A stretch of DNA of 64,000 nucleotides from Calditrichales bacterium (GTDB lineage Bacteria; Calditrichota; Calditrichia; Calditrichales; J004): positions 2,880,001-2,944,000 of the forward strand of contig OZ254086.1 in the NCBI GenBank assembly GCA_965267575.1, in the 5' to 3' direction. Both the position numbers and the translations under genes were made by a program. Position 1 is the stretch's first letter, and each line of letters opens with the position of its first letter. This document shows positions 8,154 through 16,933 of this stretch, in pieces. Below the pieces are notes generated by a model. The model had not been told where the DNA came from. It saw only the letters and a list, made by a program, of their open reading frames with translations, and made no database searches.

Positions 8154-10613
8154 ATGGCCGAAAAAAAATACAAAGAAGTAGCACTCGAAAAACTGCGCTG
8201 GCAATGCGATGGCGCCAGCCTCGGTTTTGAAACCACCGATGAGCTGAAAAGCGGTGATGACATCATCGGCCAGGACCGCGCCTTGCGCGCTATCGAGCTT
8301 GGCCTGCATGTAAACAGCCCCGGTTACAATATCTACGTGGCGGGCCTTACCGGCACAGGCAAAAGCACAACCGTAAAGCGTATTCTGGAAAAGCTCGACG
8401 ATACCGGTGGGATTCCGGAAGACATCTGCTATGTGCACAATTTCAGCAATCGCGATTCGCCCTCCGTGTTAAAAATGCCCGCCGGCCGCGGTTGCGAGTT
8501 GAGCAAAGACATGGATGACCTGGTTGACTACTTGCTGCAGCAACTTCCGGGTCTGCTGGAGAGCGACAGTTACAAAAGCCGCCGCAAAAAGCTTCTGGAA
8601 GAATACCAGAACCGCTCGATGGAAAAAATCCGTAAGCTGGAAGATGATGTTAAAAAGGAGGGCCTGGCTATTGTGCAGCTGCAGATGGGTCAGATGACGC
8701 GTCCGGACCTGATGCCGCTTGTGGATGAAGATGTGGTAACCTGGGACCAGCTCGAAAATATGGTGGAAGAGGGCAAATTCTCCAAAGAACGTTTCGAAGA
8801 GCTGCGCGAAAAGCGTGACAAGTGGTACAATGTGCTGGAAAATACGCTGCGCGAAAATCGTCATGTACAAAAAGAGGCCCAGAAAAAGCTGCAGGACTTG
8901 CAATACGAATTTGTGCAACCGGTTGTGCATGACCTTATCGGCGATCTAAAAGAAAAATATGAGGCGAAGCCGGTTACCGATTACCTGGACGATGTGGAAA
9001 ATGAGATCATTAATAACATCGGCCGTTTTTTGAAGGATGATCAGGATAACCAGGGTAACCCGATGGCCGCCTTTATGGGCCAGCAAAAGGATGAATTTAC
9101 GGAATTCCAGATCAATGTTATTGTTGATAACGCGCGTACCAAAAGGCGTCCGGTGATTATTGAAACGGCGCCCAATTACAAAAACCTTTTCGGCACCATC
9201 GAACGTGTTATGGATCGTTTTGGCGGCGGTGCTAATACGGATTTTACGCATATCAAGGCGGGATCTTTGCTTAAAGCCAATGGCGGTTTCCTGGTGGTTA
9301 ACCTGCTGGATGCGCTGCCCGAGCCCGGCGTGTGGCAGGCCCTCAAACGCACGCTGAAACACCGCAAACTCGATATACAGGCCTATGATCCATACACCAT
9401 GTTTACCCAAACAGCACTGAAGCCGGAGGCCATTGATGTGAATGTGAAAGTGGTGGTTATCGGCGATACGCGTTTTTACAGCCTGCTTTACCGCTACGAT
9501 GAAGATTTCCGCAAGGTGTTTAAAGTACACGCGGAATTTGACAACGAAATGGATCGCAGCCGCGGGGCGCTGAAAAGCTATGCCCGCTTTGTGAAAAAGA
9601 TCTGCGATGAGGAAAAGCTGCGTGCGTTCCACAACAACGCTGTGGCCGAAGTGGTTGAATATGGCGTGCGTCTTGCCGGGCGCCAGAACAAGCTGTCCAC
9701 GCGTTTCAGTGACATCGCCGATATCATGCGCGAAGCTAATTACTGGGCCGGCGAACAAAATGGCAGCATCGTAACGGCCGGGCACGTAATTGCCGCTATT
9801 GAGGAGAAGAAAAAACGCTCGCAGCGCATCGAGGACAAGCTGCAGGAGCTGATTGATGAAGGCAATATCATGATCGATGTGAAGGGCAGCCGCAAAGGGC
9901 AGGTGAACGGATTGGCGGTATACCAGACCGGTGATTACAGCTTCGGCAAGCCCACGCGCATTACAGCCCGTGTCAGCGTTGGCAACGCCGGTATTATCAA
10001 CATTGAGCGCGAAGCCGATTTAAGCGGCAAAACGCACAATAAAGGGGTGCTTATCCTCAGTGGCTACTTCCGCGGGCAATACGGCCAGAACCGCTCGCTT
10101 TCTTTCAGCGCCAGCCTGGCCTTCGAACAATCCTATTCCGGCGTGGATGGCGACAGCGCTTCATCCACCGAGATCTACGCGTTGCTTTCGGAGCTTTCCG
10201 GCCTGCCATTGCGCCAGGATATCGCGGTTACCGGCTCGGTCAACCAGCATGGCGATATCCAGCCCATAGGCGGAGTAAACCAGAAGGTGGAAGGATTTTT
10301 CGATGTCTGTAACAAGCGCAGGCTTTCCGGGGAGCAGGGGGTCATCATACCGCATCAGAATATTGCCGACCTGATGCTGCGCCCCGATGTGGTGGAAGCC
10401 TGCGAAAAAGGGCAATTCCACGTCTATCCCGTGGAAACGATCGATGAAGGGCTGGAGATATTGACCGGGGCAAAAGCCGGCAAGCGCAACAAAAATGGCA
10501 CATACCCGGACGCATCGGTGCATGGCCGCGTGGAAAAGAGGCTGGAAGAGCTGGCCGACCTCTATCGCCAGAAAAAGAAGGATAAAAACGAAAAAAACGA
10601 CGATAAAAGTTGA
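8154..10613 (+). CDS. Lon-family (LonC/AAA_32-like) protease
   Basis: IIGQDRA, Walker A GLTGTGKST, long coiled coil, Ser-Lys dyad in VDGDSASS and IGGVNQKVEGF. Confidence 0.9.
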   Translation: MAEKKYKEVALEKLRWQCDGASLGFETTDELKSGDDIIGQDRALRAIELGLHVNSPGYNIYVAGLTGTGKSTTVKRILEKLDDTGGIPEDICYVHNFSNRDSPSVLKMPAGRGCELSKDMDDLVDYLLQQLPGLLESDSYKSRRKKLLEEYQNRSMEKIRKLEDDVKKEGLAIVQLQMGQMTRPDLMPLVDEDVVTWDQLENMVEEGKFSKERFEELREKRDKWYNVLENTLRENRHVQKEAQKKLQDLQYEFVQPVVHDLIGDLKEKYEAKPVTDYLDDVENEIINNIGRFLKDDQDNQGNPMAAFMGQQKDEFTEFQINVIVDNARTKRRPVIIETAPNYKNLFGTIERVMDRFGGGANTDFTHIKAGSLLKANGGFLVVNLLDALPEPGVWQALKRTLKHRKLDIQAYDPYTMFTQTALKPEAIDVNVKVVVIGDTRFYSLLYRYDEDFRKVFKVHAEFDNEMDRSRGALKSYARFVKKICDEEKLRAFHNNAVAEVVEYGVRLAGRQNKLSTRFSDIADIMREANYWAGEQNGSIVTAGHVIAAIEEKKKRSQRIEDKLQELIDEGNIMIDVKGSRKGQVNGLAVYQTGDYSFGKPTRITARVSVGNAGIINIEREADLSGKTHNKGVLILSGYFRGQYGQNRSLSFSASLAFEQSYSGVDGDSASSTEIYALLSELSGLPLRQDIAVTGSVNQHGDIQPIGGVNQKVEGFFDVCNKRRLSGEQGVIIPHQNIADLMLRPDVVEACEKGQFHVYPVETIDEGLEILTGAKAGKRNKNGTYPDASVHGRVEKRLEELADLYRQKKKDKNEKNDDKS

Positions 10614-10704
10614 CCCCTTTTTTTTGAGTATCTGATATACATCACTTAAAGTGCGCGACTCTTTTTTAGGTTAAGACGCGAACTAAACAAAATAGGGAGA
10701 ACTC

Positions 10705-11424
10705 ATGTTTCGTATGTTTTCACGTTTTCTGGTAAGTTTACTGGCGCTTGCTTTTCTGGCCTGCAGCGAGGATTCTGCTACGGGTCCTGAAGAAGACAAT
10801 CCGCCATCCATGCCTGCTGCCCAGGAACTGCAGCTGGAAGCGCCGGACAATGCTCCGGGTGAAGTGCAGGGCCTTGTGGCCATGGCTAACGGCTGGGTCA
10901 ACCTGGGCTATATCTATGCTTCGCACACCAATAACGGCGGAGAGCTGATTGACGGCGTCTGGACATGGACGGCAACTTCAAACAACGTAACAATTACGAT
11001 CACCGCCGAGCCTAACGACGATGATACCGTGACCTGGACGTATATGCTCGATGGCGTCGATCTCGATAACAGCATCGTGTACGATAATTGGGTGTTTATG
11101 ACCGGTACTTTTGCTGTTGATGGAAGCAGCGGAAGCTGGCAGCTTTACGACCTGGATGCATCGATTACGCACGAAACCGAATGGGGCGAAGATAACTCCG
11201 GTACCACAACCGTGACGATGACTTCGTATGACAGCGCTTCCCAGCCTCAATCGCGTTTTATTACCAGCGTTTCGCCTGGACAAAGCGGCAGCATTGAGCA
11301 ATACAATTTTGTCGACGGCAGTTTTGTGCTGGCTTTCAGCGCAGACTGGACGGCAGACGGTGGCAGCTATCAATATTATGATGAAAACGGCGACCCGCTT
11401 GGTGAGCCGGTCACTTGGCCCTAA
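10705..11424 (+). CDS. Hypothetical acidic lipoprotein
   Basis: Lipobox LAFLAC followed by SEDSATGP; beta-rich body. Confidence 0.7.
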   Translation: MFRMFSRFLVSLLALAFLACSEDSATGPEEDNPPSMPAAQELQLEAPDNAPGEVQGLVAMANGWVNLGYIYASHTNNGGELIDGVWTWTATSNNVTITITAEPNDDDTVTWTYMLDGVDLDNSIVYDNWVFMTGTFAVDGSSGSWQLYDLDASITHETEWGEDNSGTTTVTMTSYDSASQPQSRFITSVSPGQSGSIEQYNFVDGSFVLAFSADWTADGGSYQYYDENGDPLGEPVTWP

Positions 11425-11444
11425 TATGAAATAATTATTTCCAC

Positions 11445-11469
11445 AGGCCGGTCTATGCCGGCCTTTTTT
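11445..11469 (+). terminator. Intrinsic terminator
   Basis: AGGCCGG-tctatg-CCGGCCT followed by T-run. Confidence 0.75.
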
Positions 11470-11543
11470 ATTTTCCCTTTTCCCTTGCCGCAAATACTCA
11501 AACTGCTTTAATTAACCGCACACTTTATTGCGGGAGGCCTACC

Positions 11544-12512
11544 ATGCGTTATCTCATTTTACTTTTATTATCTTTTTCGATTGTTTTTGCCGGTGATATT
11601 TCCAATCGCCCGGTTAACACTTACTCCATCGTTGCGCGGGACAGCTTGACCGGCGAGATGGGTGTGGCGGTGCAGTCGCACTGGTTCTCCGTGGGCACCG
11701 TGGTGTCCTGGGCCGAGGCCGGTGTAGGTGCTGTGGCGACACAATCATTTGCTGAAATAGATTACGGTCCGCTGGGGCTGGAGCTTATGCGTTCCGGCAA
11801 GACCGCCAATGAGGCGCTGCAAGCGCTGCTGTCCGTGGATGAGCAGGCCGCCGTGCGCCAGGTGGCGATGGTGGATAAACACGGGAATGTGGCTGTTCAC
11901 ACCGGTGAAAAGTGCATCCCAGCGGCGGGAGATCAAAAAGGCGCGCAATACAGCGTGCAGGCCAATCTGATGGAAAAGGAAAGCGTCTGGCCGGCGATGG
12001 CCAAAGCTTACGAATCGGCCGGGGGCGATCTGCTAAACCGCCTGTTTGCCGCGCTGGAAGCAGCCCAGGCCGAGGGTGGCGATATTCGCGGGAAACAATC
12101 GGCCGCTATTTTAATTGTGCCGGCCGAAAGCAGCGGCGCGCCCTGGAAGGAGAAAGTGGTCGACCTGCGGGTGGACGATCATCCCGAGCCGCTGAAGGAA
12201 ATGAAACGACTGATCAAGGTGCATCGCGCTTACCAGCACATGAATAGCGGGGACGGCTACCTGGCCAAGGGACAGGTGGATAAGGCGCTGGAAGAGTACA
12301 GCACCGCCCACAACCTCTACCCGGAAAACGTGGAAATTTTGTATTGGACGGCCGCTACCCTGGCCGCGGAGGAGCAGCTTGAAAAAGCTTTGCCCATGTT
12401 TAAAGAGGTTTTTGCCAAAGCGCCCGTCTGGCGTGAACTGACCAAACGCCTGCCGGCTGTAGGCCTGCTGCCGAATGATAAAGAAATACTTCAAAAAATC
12501 TTAGCGCAATAA
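11544..12512 (+). CDS. DUF1028 (Ntn-hydrolase-like) protein with C-terminal TPR
   Basis: Signal peptide, TYSIVARD...GVAVQS, GAVATQ, GGDIRGKQSAA, DLRVDDHPEP; TPR-like helices at end. Confidence 0.85.
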   Translation: MRYLILLLLSFSIVFAGDISNRPVNTYSIVARDSLTGEMGVAVQSHWFSVGTVVSWAEAGVGAVATQSFAEIDYGPLGLELMRSGKTANEALQALLSVDEQAAVRQVAMVDKHGNVAVHTGEKCIPAAGDQKGAQYSVQANLMEKESVWPAMAKAYESAGGDLLNRLFAALEAAQAEGGDIRGKQSAAILIVPAESSGAPWKEKVVDLRVDDHPEPLKEMKRLIKVHRAYQHMNSGDGYLAKGQVDKALEEYSTAHNLYPENVEILYWTAATLAAEEQLEKALPMFKEVFAKAPVWRELTKRLPAVGLLPNDKEILQKILAQ

Positions 12513-12533
12513 AAAAGGGGCCACCCGGCCCCT
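12511..12533 (-). terminator. Intrinsic terminator between convergent genes
   Basis: AGGGGCC-accc-GGCCCCT with A-run on left (U-run on minus strand). Confidence 0.7.
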
Positions 12534-12536
12534 CTG

Positions 12537-13595
12537 TTATTCAACGAGGAAAGCGGCTACGTCCCACCATTCGCCAACAGCCATGAAGTCGGGGGCATCA
12601 AAAGTATAAACGTTTGAACCCACCACCAGACGAACTCCCGGTATTATGGTAACATCTGGATTTCCCAGATTTTTATAATAGTGTACCTTTATTTGGTATA
12701 TACCGCCCGGCGCATTTTGGAAGTCAATTCTCTCATAGTCGCTGCTAAAACCGAATGGATTTGTAGAGCGCTGTATTACAGGATTGTCAAATTCGGCGCC
12801 TATTATGCCCCAATCAGGCTGGTTTTCTTTGAGGTTTACGCTGTCGCCTGTGCTGGTGTTATAGAGGTACAGGTCAAAGTCACCTGCGTCCACGTTGTCT
12901 GTCGTGGACCATCGAAGTTCCACGCTTACCCGCAAGACACGTTTTACGTAGTAAACCCGGGCCGACTCAAAATAATCGGGGTCGGCAGACTCATTGTTGC
13001 GCACCTCTATGTTGTTTATGCCTTCATCAAGCTGTAAATCAAAAGTAGCAATTTGCCTGTCGGTTCCTTTTTCATAGACCGTCCCGTTTTGGGTTAGCCT
13101 GAACGTCACTTCCCCATAGCCATTTGCGTCAGGATATGTACTCCATATTCGCAAATGGACGGCTCGGGATTTTACTAATAATTCGGAGTTTACCAGGTTA
13201 AAATAATACCTGTCACCTGCCGTATCGGATATCATTACCCTAAAATCATATATCTCTTCAGGCAACATGATCATGTCCTGCACGTTGGTCGTCCGGCCTT
13301 CTTCCACCGCAACATTACTAGCGAGCGCTTTTGTGCTGTTGCTCCAGTTACGAGCTTCAACATCGTATACACCGGGAGGAATATTAATGAGTGTGTACTG
13401 CAGATTGTCATCAACTTGTATCCAGGGAGTTATTCCCGCTATCCGTATCTGCGTCTGAACGGCGAAATAATTCTTAGTGCCGTCATTATAAACGATACGC
13501 CCCCTTATGGCGTCCTCGCTTTGCAGGTTGGTTATGTTTTCTTCGCATGCCGTTGCTGCAAAAAGAATCAAAGACATAACTATCAGCCGTTTCAT
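12537..13595 (-). CDS. Lipoprotein with beta-sandwich domains and YfaP/DUF2135-like C-terminus
   Basis: Lipobox AATAC; IPPGVYDVEA; LRVSVELRW...DFDLYL...YERI...GIYQIKVHYY pattern. Confidence 0.6.
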   Translation of the reverse strand: MKRLIVMSLILFAATACEENITNLQSEDAIRGRIVYNDGTKNYFAVQTQIRIAGITPWIQVDDNLQYTLINIPPGVYDVEARNWSNSTKALASNVAVEEGRTTNVQDMIMLPEEIYDFRVMISDTAGDRYYFNLVNSELLVKSRAVHLRIWSTYPDANGYGEVTFRLTQNGTVYEKGTDRQIATFDLQLDEGINNIEVRNNESADPDYFESARVYYVKRVLRVSVELRWSTTDNVDAGDFDLYLYNTSTGDSVNLKENQPDWGIIGAEFDNPVIQRSTNPFGFSSDYERIDFQNAPGGIYQIKVHYYKNLGNPDVTIIPGVRLVVGSNVYTFDAPDFMAVGEWWDVAAFLVE

Positions 13596-13727
13596 TTTTC
13601 TCTCCGTATAAAAAAGACCTGCTTTATTTTACGACAATAATATTAAAAGCAAAAAAATAAATAACGTTTTTGCATCACCGTATTTTAAAACAGATATATT
13701 TGCATAACACCAAAATAATTTTTAAAT

Positions 13728-13741
13728 ACCAACCGGTCGGT
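13728..13741. promoter_or_regulatory. Candidate TetR autoregulatory operator
   Basis: Near-perfect palindrome ACCAACCGGTCGGT 15 bp upstream of TetR start. Confidence 0.6.
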
Positions 13742-13756
13742 TTTTGGAAAAAAGAA

Positions 13757-14374
13757 ATGAAAAAAGGCGCATTAACACGCGAGCAGATCATTAAAAAGGC
13801 GGCGGAACTGTTTAACGCCAACGGCTTTGCCGGCGCGTCTTTGTCGCGTTTGATGGAGCAGACCGGGCTAAAGAAAGGCGGCATATACAATCATTTTGCC
13901 AACAAGGATGAAATCATCGTTGAGGCTTTTGATTATGCCGTACGCCAGGTGCGCAAATCGCTGTACAGAACCACGTCTCCGCTTAAAACGGCGCGTGAAC
14001 GGCTGCTGGCAATCCTGGATTTTTATCGTGAATACCCGCTAAACCCGGTCATACCGGGCGGCTGTCCCCTGGTAAACACCAGCGTGGACGCGGACAACAC
14101 GCACCCCGCTCTGCACCGGCGCGTAGCCGAGGAGTGGCAGCGCTTTATCCGCAACCTGCAGACGCTGCTGCAGCAGGCGCAGGAAGAAGGCTCCGTAAAG
14201 AGGGGGACAAACGCAGAAAAAGTATCGCGTTTTATTGTATCGTCCATTCAGGGTGGCGTGGTGTTGTCGCGCAGCCTGGGCAGTCCGCAACCGATGATCG
14301 ACGTAACCGACCAGCTGCGGCGCTATTTTGAACTGGAACTTTTTACCCAAAAAGCTCATGGAGAACCGAAATGA
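13757..14374 (+). CDS. TetR/AcrR family transcriptional regulator
   Basis: TREQIIKKAAELF...GFAGASL...GLKKGGIYNHFANKDEI HTH; GGCPL motif; start trimmed to 13757. Confidence 0.92.
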   Translation: MKKGALTREQIIKKAAELFNANGFAGASLSRLMEQTGLKKGGIYNHFANKDEIIVEAFDYAVRQVRKSLYRTTSPLKTARERLLAILDFYREYPLNPVIPGGCPLVNTSVDADNTHPALHRRVAEEWQRFIRNLQTLLQQAQEEGSVKRGTNAEKVSRFIVSSIQGGVVLSRSLGSPQPMIDVTDQLRRYFELELFTQKAHGEPK

Positions 14375-15261
14375 AACGGGAAACCGCGCAAAAACTTTTT
14401 GCTCTCAGCTTTAAAACATGTGAATTACTTTTGCCGCCGCTGGCCAAGCGCTGGGGCAGAAAGCTCTTTTTTACACCGTTCCGCCATAAACGCCCGGCAC
14501 GGGAAATGAAAGCCTGGCGCGAAGCATGGAAACAGGAACTGCCCATTGAGATTGATGTGGCGCAACGCCGCTACCGGACCCATTACCGTTTTTACCGTTG
14601 GGGCAAAGACGGCGGCCCGCGTGTTTTGCTTATTCACGGCTGGTCGGGCAGGGCAACGCAGCTTTCGGTGATTGCCGAAGAGCTGGTCAAAGCCGGCTTT
14701 GATGTGCTGGCTTTTGACGGGCTGGCCCACGGCGATTCTCCCGGCAAGCACACCAACCTGCTGGAATTCAATGCCATTGTGCAGGACATAAACAGGCGCT
14801 TTGGGCCACTCGACGCCATAGTGGGGCACTCCTTCGGCGGCGTTGTCGGCGCGCTGTCGCATAACCATAGTGTTGCGCTGAATGCGCTCGTTACCATCGG
14901 CACCCCTGTAACCATGGATTATCTGCTGGATGAATTCACCCGCATCATTGGCGCCGGGCGCAAAACACGGGCGGCTATTCTGGAATACACGGAAAGCCGC
15001 ATCGATGTGGAGCTTGATGCTTTTTCACCACAACGCCTGCTCAAAGACAGCAATCTGCCCGGCCTGATCATCCATGACCGGGAAGACAAAGAGTCCGATT
15101 ACAGGCAGGCACCGCAGCTTAACGAGGCCTGGCGCGGCGCGGCGCTCAAACTCACTTCCGGGCTGGGACATCAGAGAATTTTACGCGATTCCTCCACTGC
15201 CCGCATGATAGCACAGTTCCTTGAAAATGAGCTGGTTCACAGCGGCGAAAAAACGATCTGA
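14371..15261 (+). CDS. Alpha/beta hydrolase
   Basis: HGWSG, nucleophile GHSFGG, HDREDKE, GLGHQRIL; ATGA overlap with TetR stop. Confidence 0.88.
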   Translation: MKRETAQKLFALSFKTCELLLPPLAKRWGRKLFFTPFRHKRPAREMKAWREAWKQELPIEIDVAQRRYRTHYRFYRWGKDGGPRVLLIHGWSGRATQLSVIAEELVKAGFDVLAFDGLAHGDSPGKHTNLLEFNAIVQDINRRFGPLDAIVGHSFGGVVGALSHNHSVALNALVTIGTPVTMDYLLDEFTRIIGAGRKTRAAILEYTESRIDVELDAFSPQRLLKDSNLPGLIIHDREDKESDYRQAPQLNEAWRGAALKLTSGLGHQRILRDSSTARMIAQFLENELVHSGEKTI

Positions 15262-15321
15262 CGCTTTAATACAATCGCCGGATTTTGTAATTTTTATTTT
15301 TGCCAAAAACGGAGGATGACA

Positions 15322-16170
15322 ATGAAATATGTTGGCGCCCATGTCAGTGCGTCCGGCGGAGTGCAAAACGCGCCGCTAAACGCCGCGGAAATCGGTGCAA
15401 CGGCTTTTGCGCTGTTCGTGAAAAATCAACGCCAGTGGTTTGCCAAACCGCTGGAAGATGAAAATATTGACGGTTTTAAGGAGAACCTGGAAGAAGCGGG
15501 CTTTGACATAAAACATGTGTTGCCGCACGACAGCTATCTGATAAATCTGGGCCATCCCGAAAAAGAGGGTATTGAAAAATCGCGAAACTCCTTTTTAAAG
15601 GAAGTGAAGCGCTGTGAACAGCTTGGAATCGGGTTGCTCAACTTTCATCCGGGCAGCCACCTGAAAAAGATATCCGAGGAAGAGTGCCTTGATCGCATCG
15701 CCGAATCGCTGAACATAACGCTGGAAAAGAGCAGCGGGGTTACCCTTGTGATCGAAAATACGGCCGGGCAGGGAAGCAATGTGGGCTATAAATTTGAACA
15801 CCTGGCCCATATCATCGACAAAGTAGAGGACAAAAAACGGATCGGCGTCTGCATCGATACCTGCCATGCTTTTGCCGCCGGATACAACATTACAGGCGAG
15901 GACAGCTTTAAAAAAGCCTTTGCCCAATTTGATGACATTGTCGGGTTTGGCTATCTCAAGGGTATGCATCTCAATGATTCCAAAAAAGCGCTGGGCAGCC
16001 GTGTTGACCGTCATGAAAGCCTCGGTGACGGCGAAATGGGCTGGGAGCCTTTTAAACTGATCATGCAGGACAAGCGCTTTGACGACATACCGCTCATCCT
16101 GGAAACCCCAAATCCTGAGCGCTGGCCGGAGGAAATCAAAAAACTCCGCGAATTTGGGAAAGAAAAATAA
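15322..16170 (+). CDS. nfo: Endonuclease IV
   Basis: [42 protein letters not shown] motifs. Confidence 0.96.
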   Translation: MKYVGAHVSASGGVQNAPLNAAEIGATAFALFVKNQRQWFAKPLEDENIDGFKENLEEAGFDIKHVLPHDSYLINLGHPEKEGIEKSRNSFLKEVKRCEQLGIGLLNFHPGSHLKKISEEECLDRIAESLNITLEKSSGVTLVIENTAGQGSNVGYKFEHLAHIIDKVEDKKRIGVCIDTCHAFAAGYNITGEDSFKKAFAQFDDIVGFGYLKGMHLNDSKKALGSRVDRHESLGDGEMGWEPFKLIMQDKRFDDIPLILETPNPERWPEEIKKLREFGKEK

Positions 16171-16378
16171 AAACGATGTTTATGCTTTTTTAACCACAGT
16201 TGGCCGCCATCCCGGCTTGTCCCGGTGCTTTAATGGGTTGGCGATTAGCAAAGGCGGGATCTCCCGCCGGGCGAGGCCCTTTGGTATCTTAGCCCTCTTT
16301 TGTGCTTGCCGCGACGATCTTCTCTTCGTAATATGTTTTTCGCAAAGGCCCCGTTGTAATTAACCTGGGGAGGTGATC

Positions 16379-16579
16379 ATGATCCGTTTAGATCTAAGCA
16401 CCGACGAGCAGTACGCGCTTTACTGTATCCTTCAAAACAATCTCGCCGAACTACGCTCGGAAATCAATCACACCGACAGCTCTCTTTTCCGCGACGCACT
16501 GCGCAAACGCAAGCAGGTTTTGCTCAAAGTGATAGAAGCCCTGCGCCTGCAGGGAGTGGAAGAAAAGTCTTTTGCCTGA
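16379..16579 (+). CDS. Small helical hypothetical protein
   Basis: GGAGGT SD before ATG 16379; co-directional with GYD gene, 12-bp gap. Confidence 0.65.
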   Translation: MIRLDLSTDEQYALYCILQNNLAELRSEINHTDSSLFRDALRKRKQVLLKVIEALRLQGVEEKSFA

Positions 16580-16591
16580 AAGGAGGAAGCC

Positions 16592-16891
16592 ATGCAAACC
16601 TATATTTTAATGACCAAGTTGTCCGCCGACGCGCGGGAACTGAGGCAGCGCGCCAGGCTGGGCCGCGAGTGGTTGGATGAAGTGAAAGAGAAATGTCCGG
16701 AGGTGAAATTTATCAGCCACTATGCCATTTTGGGTTCTTATGATTTCCTGGACATTTTTGAAGCGCCGGATGCTGAAACGGCCGCCAAGGTTTCTCTGAT
16801 AAGCCAGAAACACGGCGCCCTGAATGCTGAAAGCCGCGTCGCCATCCCTTATAAGCGTTTTCTTGATTTGACTGAGGAGTTGATAAAATAA
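16592..16891 (+). CDS. GYD-domain protein
   Basis: AGGAGG SD; YAILGSYDFLDIFEAPD motif. Confidence 0.85.
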   Translation: MQTYILMTKLSADARELRQRARLGREWLDEVKEKCPEVKFISHYAILGSYDFLDIFEAPDAETAAKVSLISQKHGALNAESRVAIPYKRFLDLTEELIK

Positions 16892-16918
16892 AAAAGGCCT
16901 CCACTAAAGTGAAGGCCT
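16890..16918 (-). terminator. Intrinsic terminator
   Basis: AGGCCTCCACT-aa-AGTGAAGGCCT with A-run on left. Confidence 0.65.
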
Positions 16919-16933
16919 GTACAAAGGGTGTGT

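Noticed and set aside
16190..16320. c-di-GMP-I riboswitch on the minus strand
   Set aside because: Only a vague resemblance; the GGCAAA/GAAA tetraloop-receptor core is missing.
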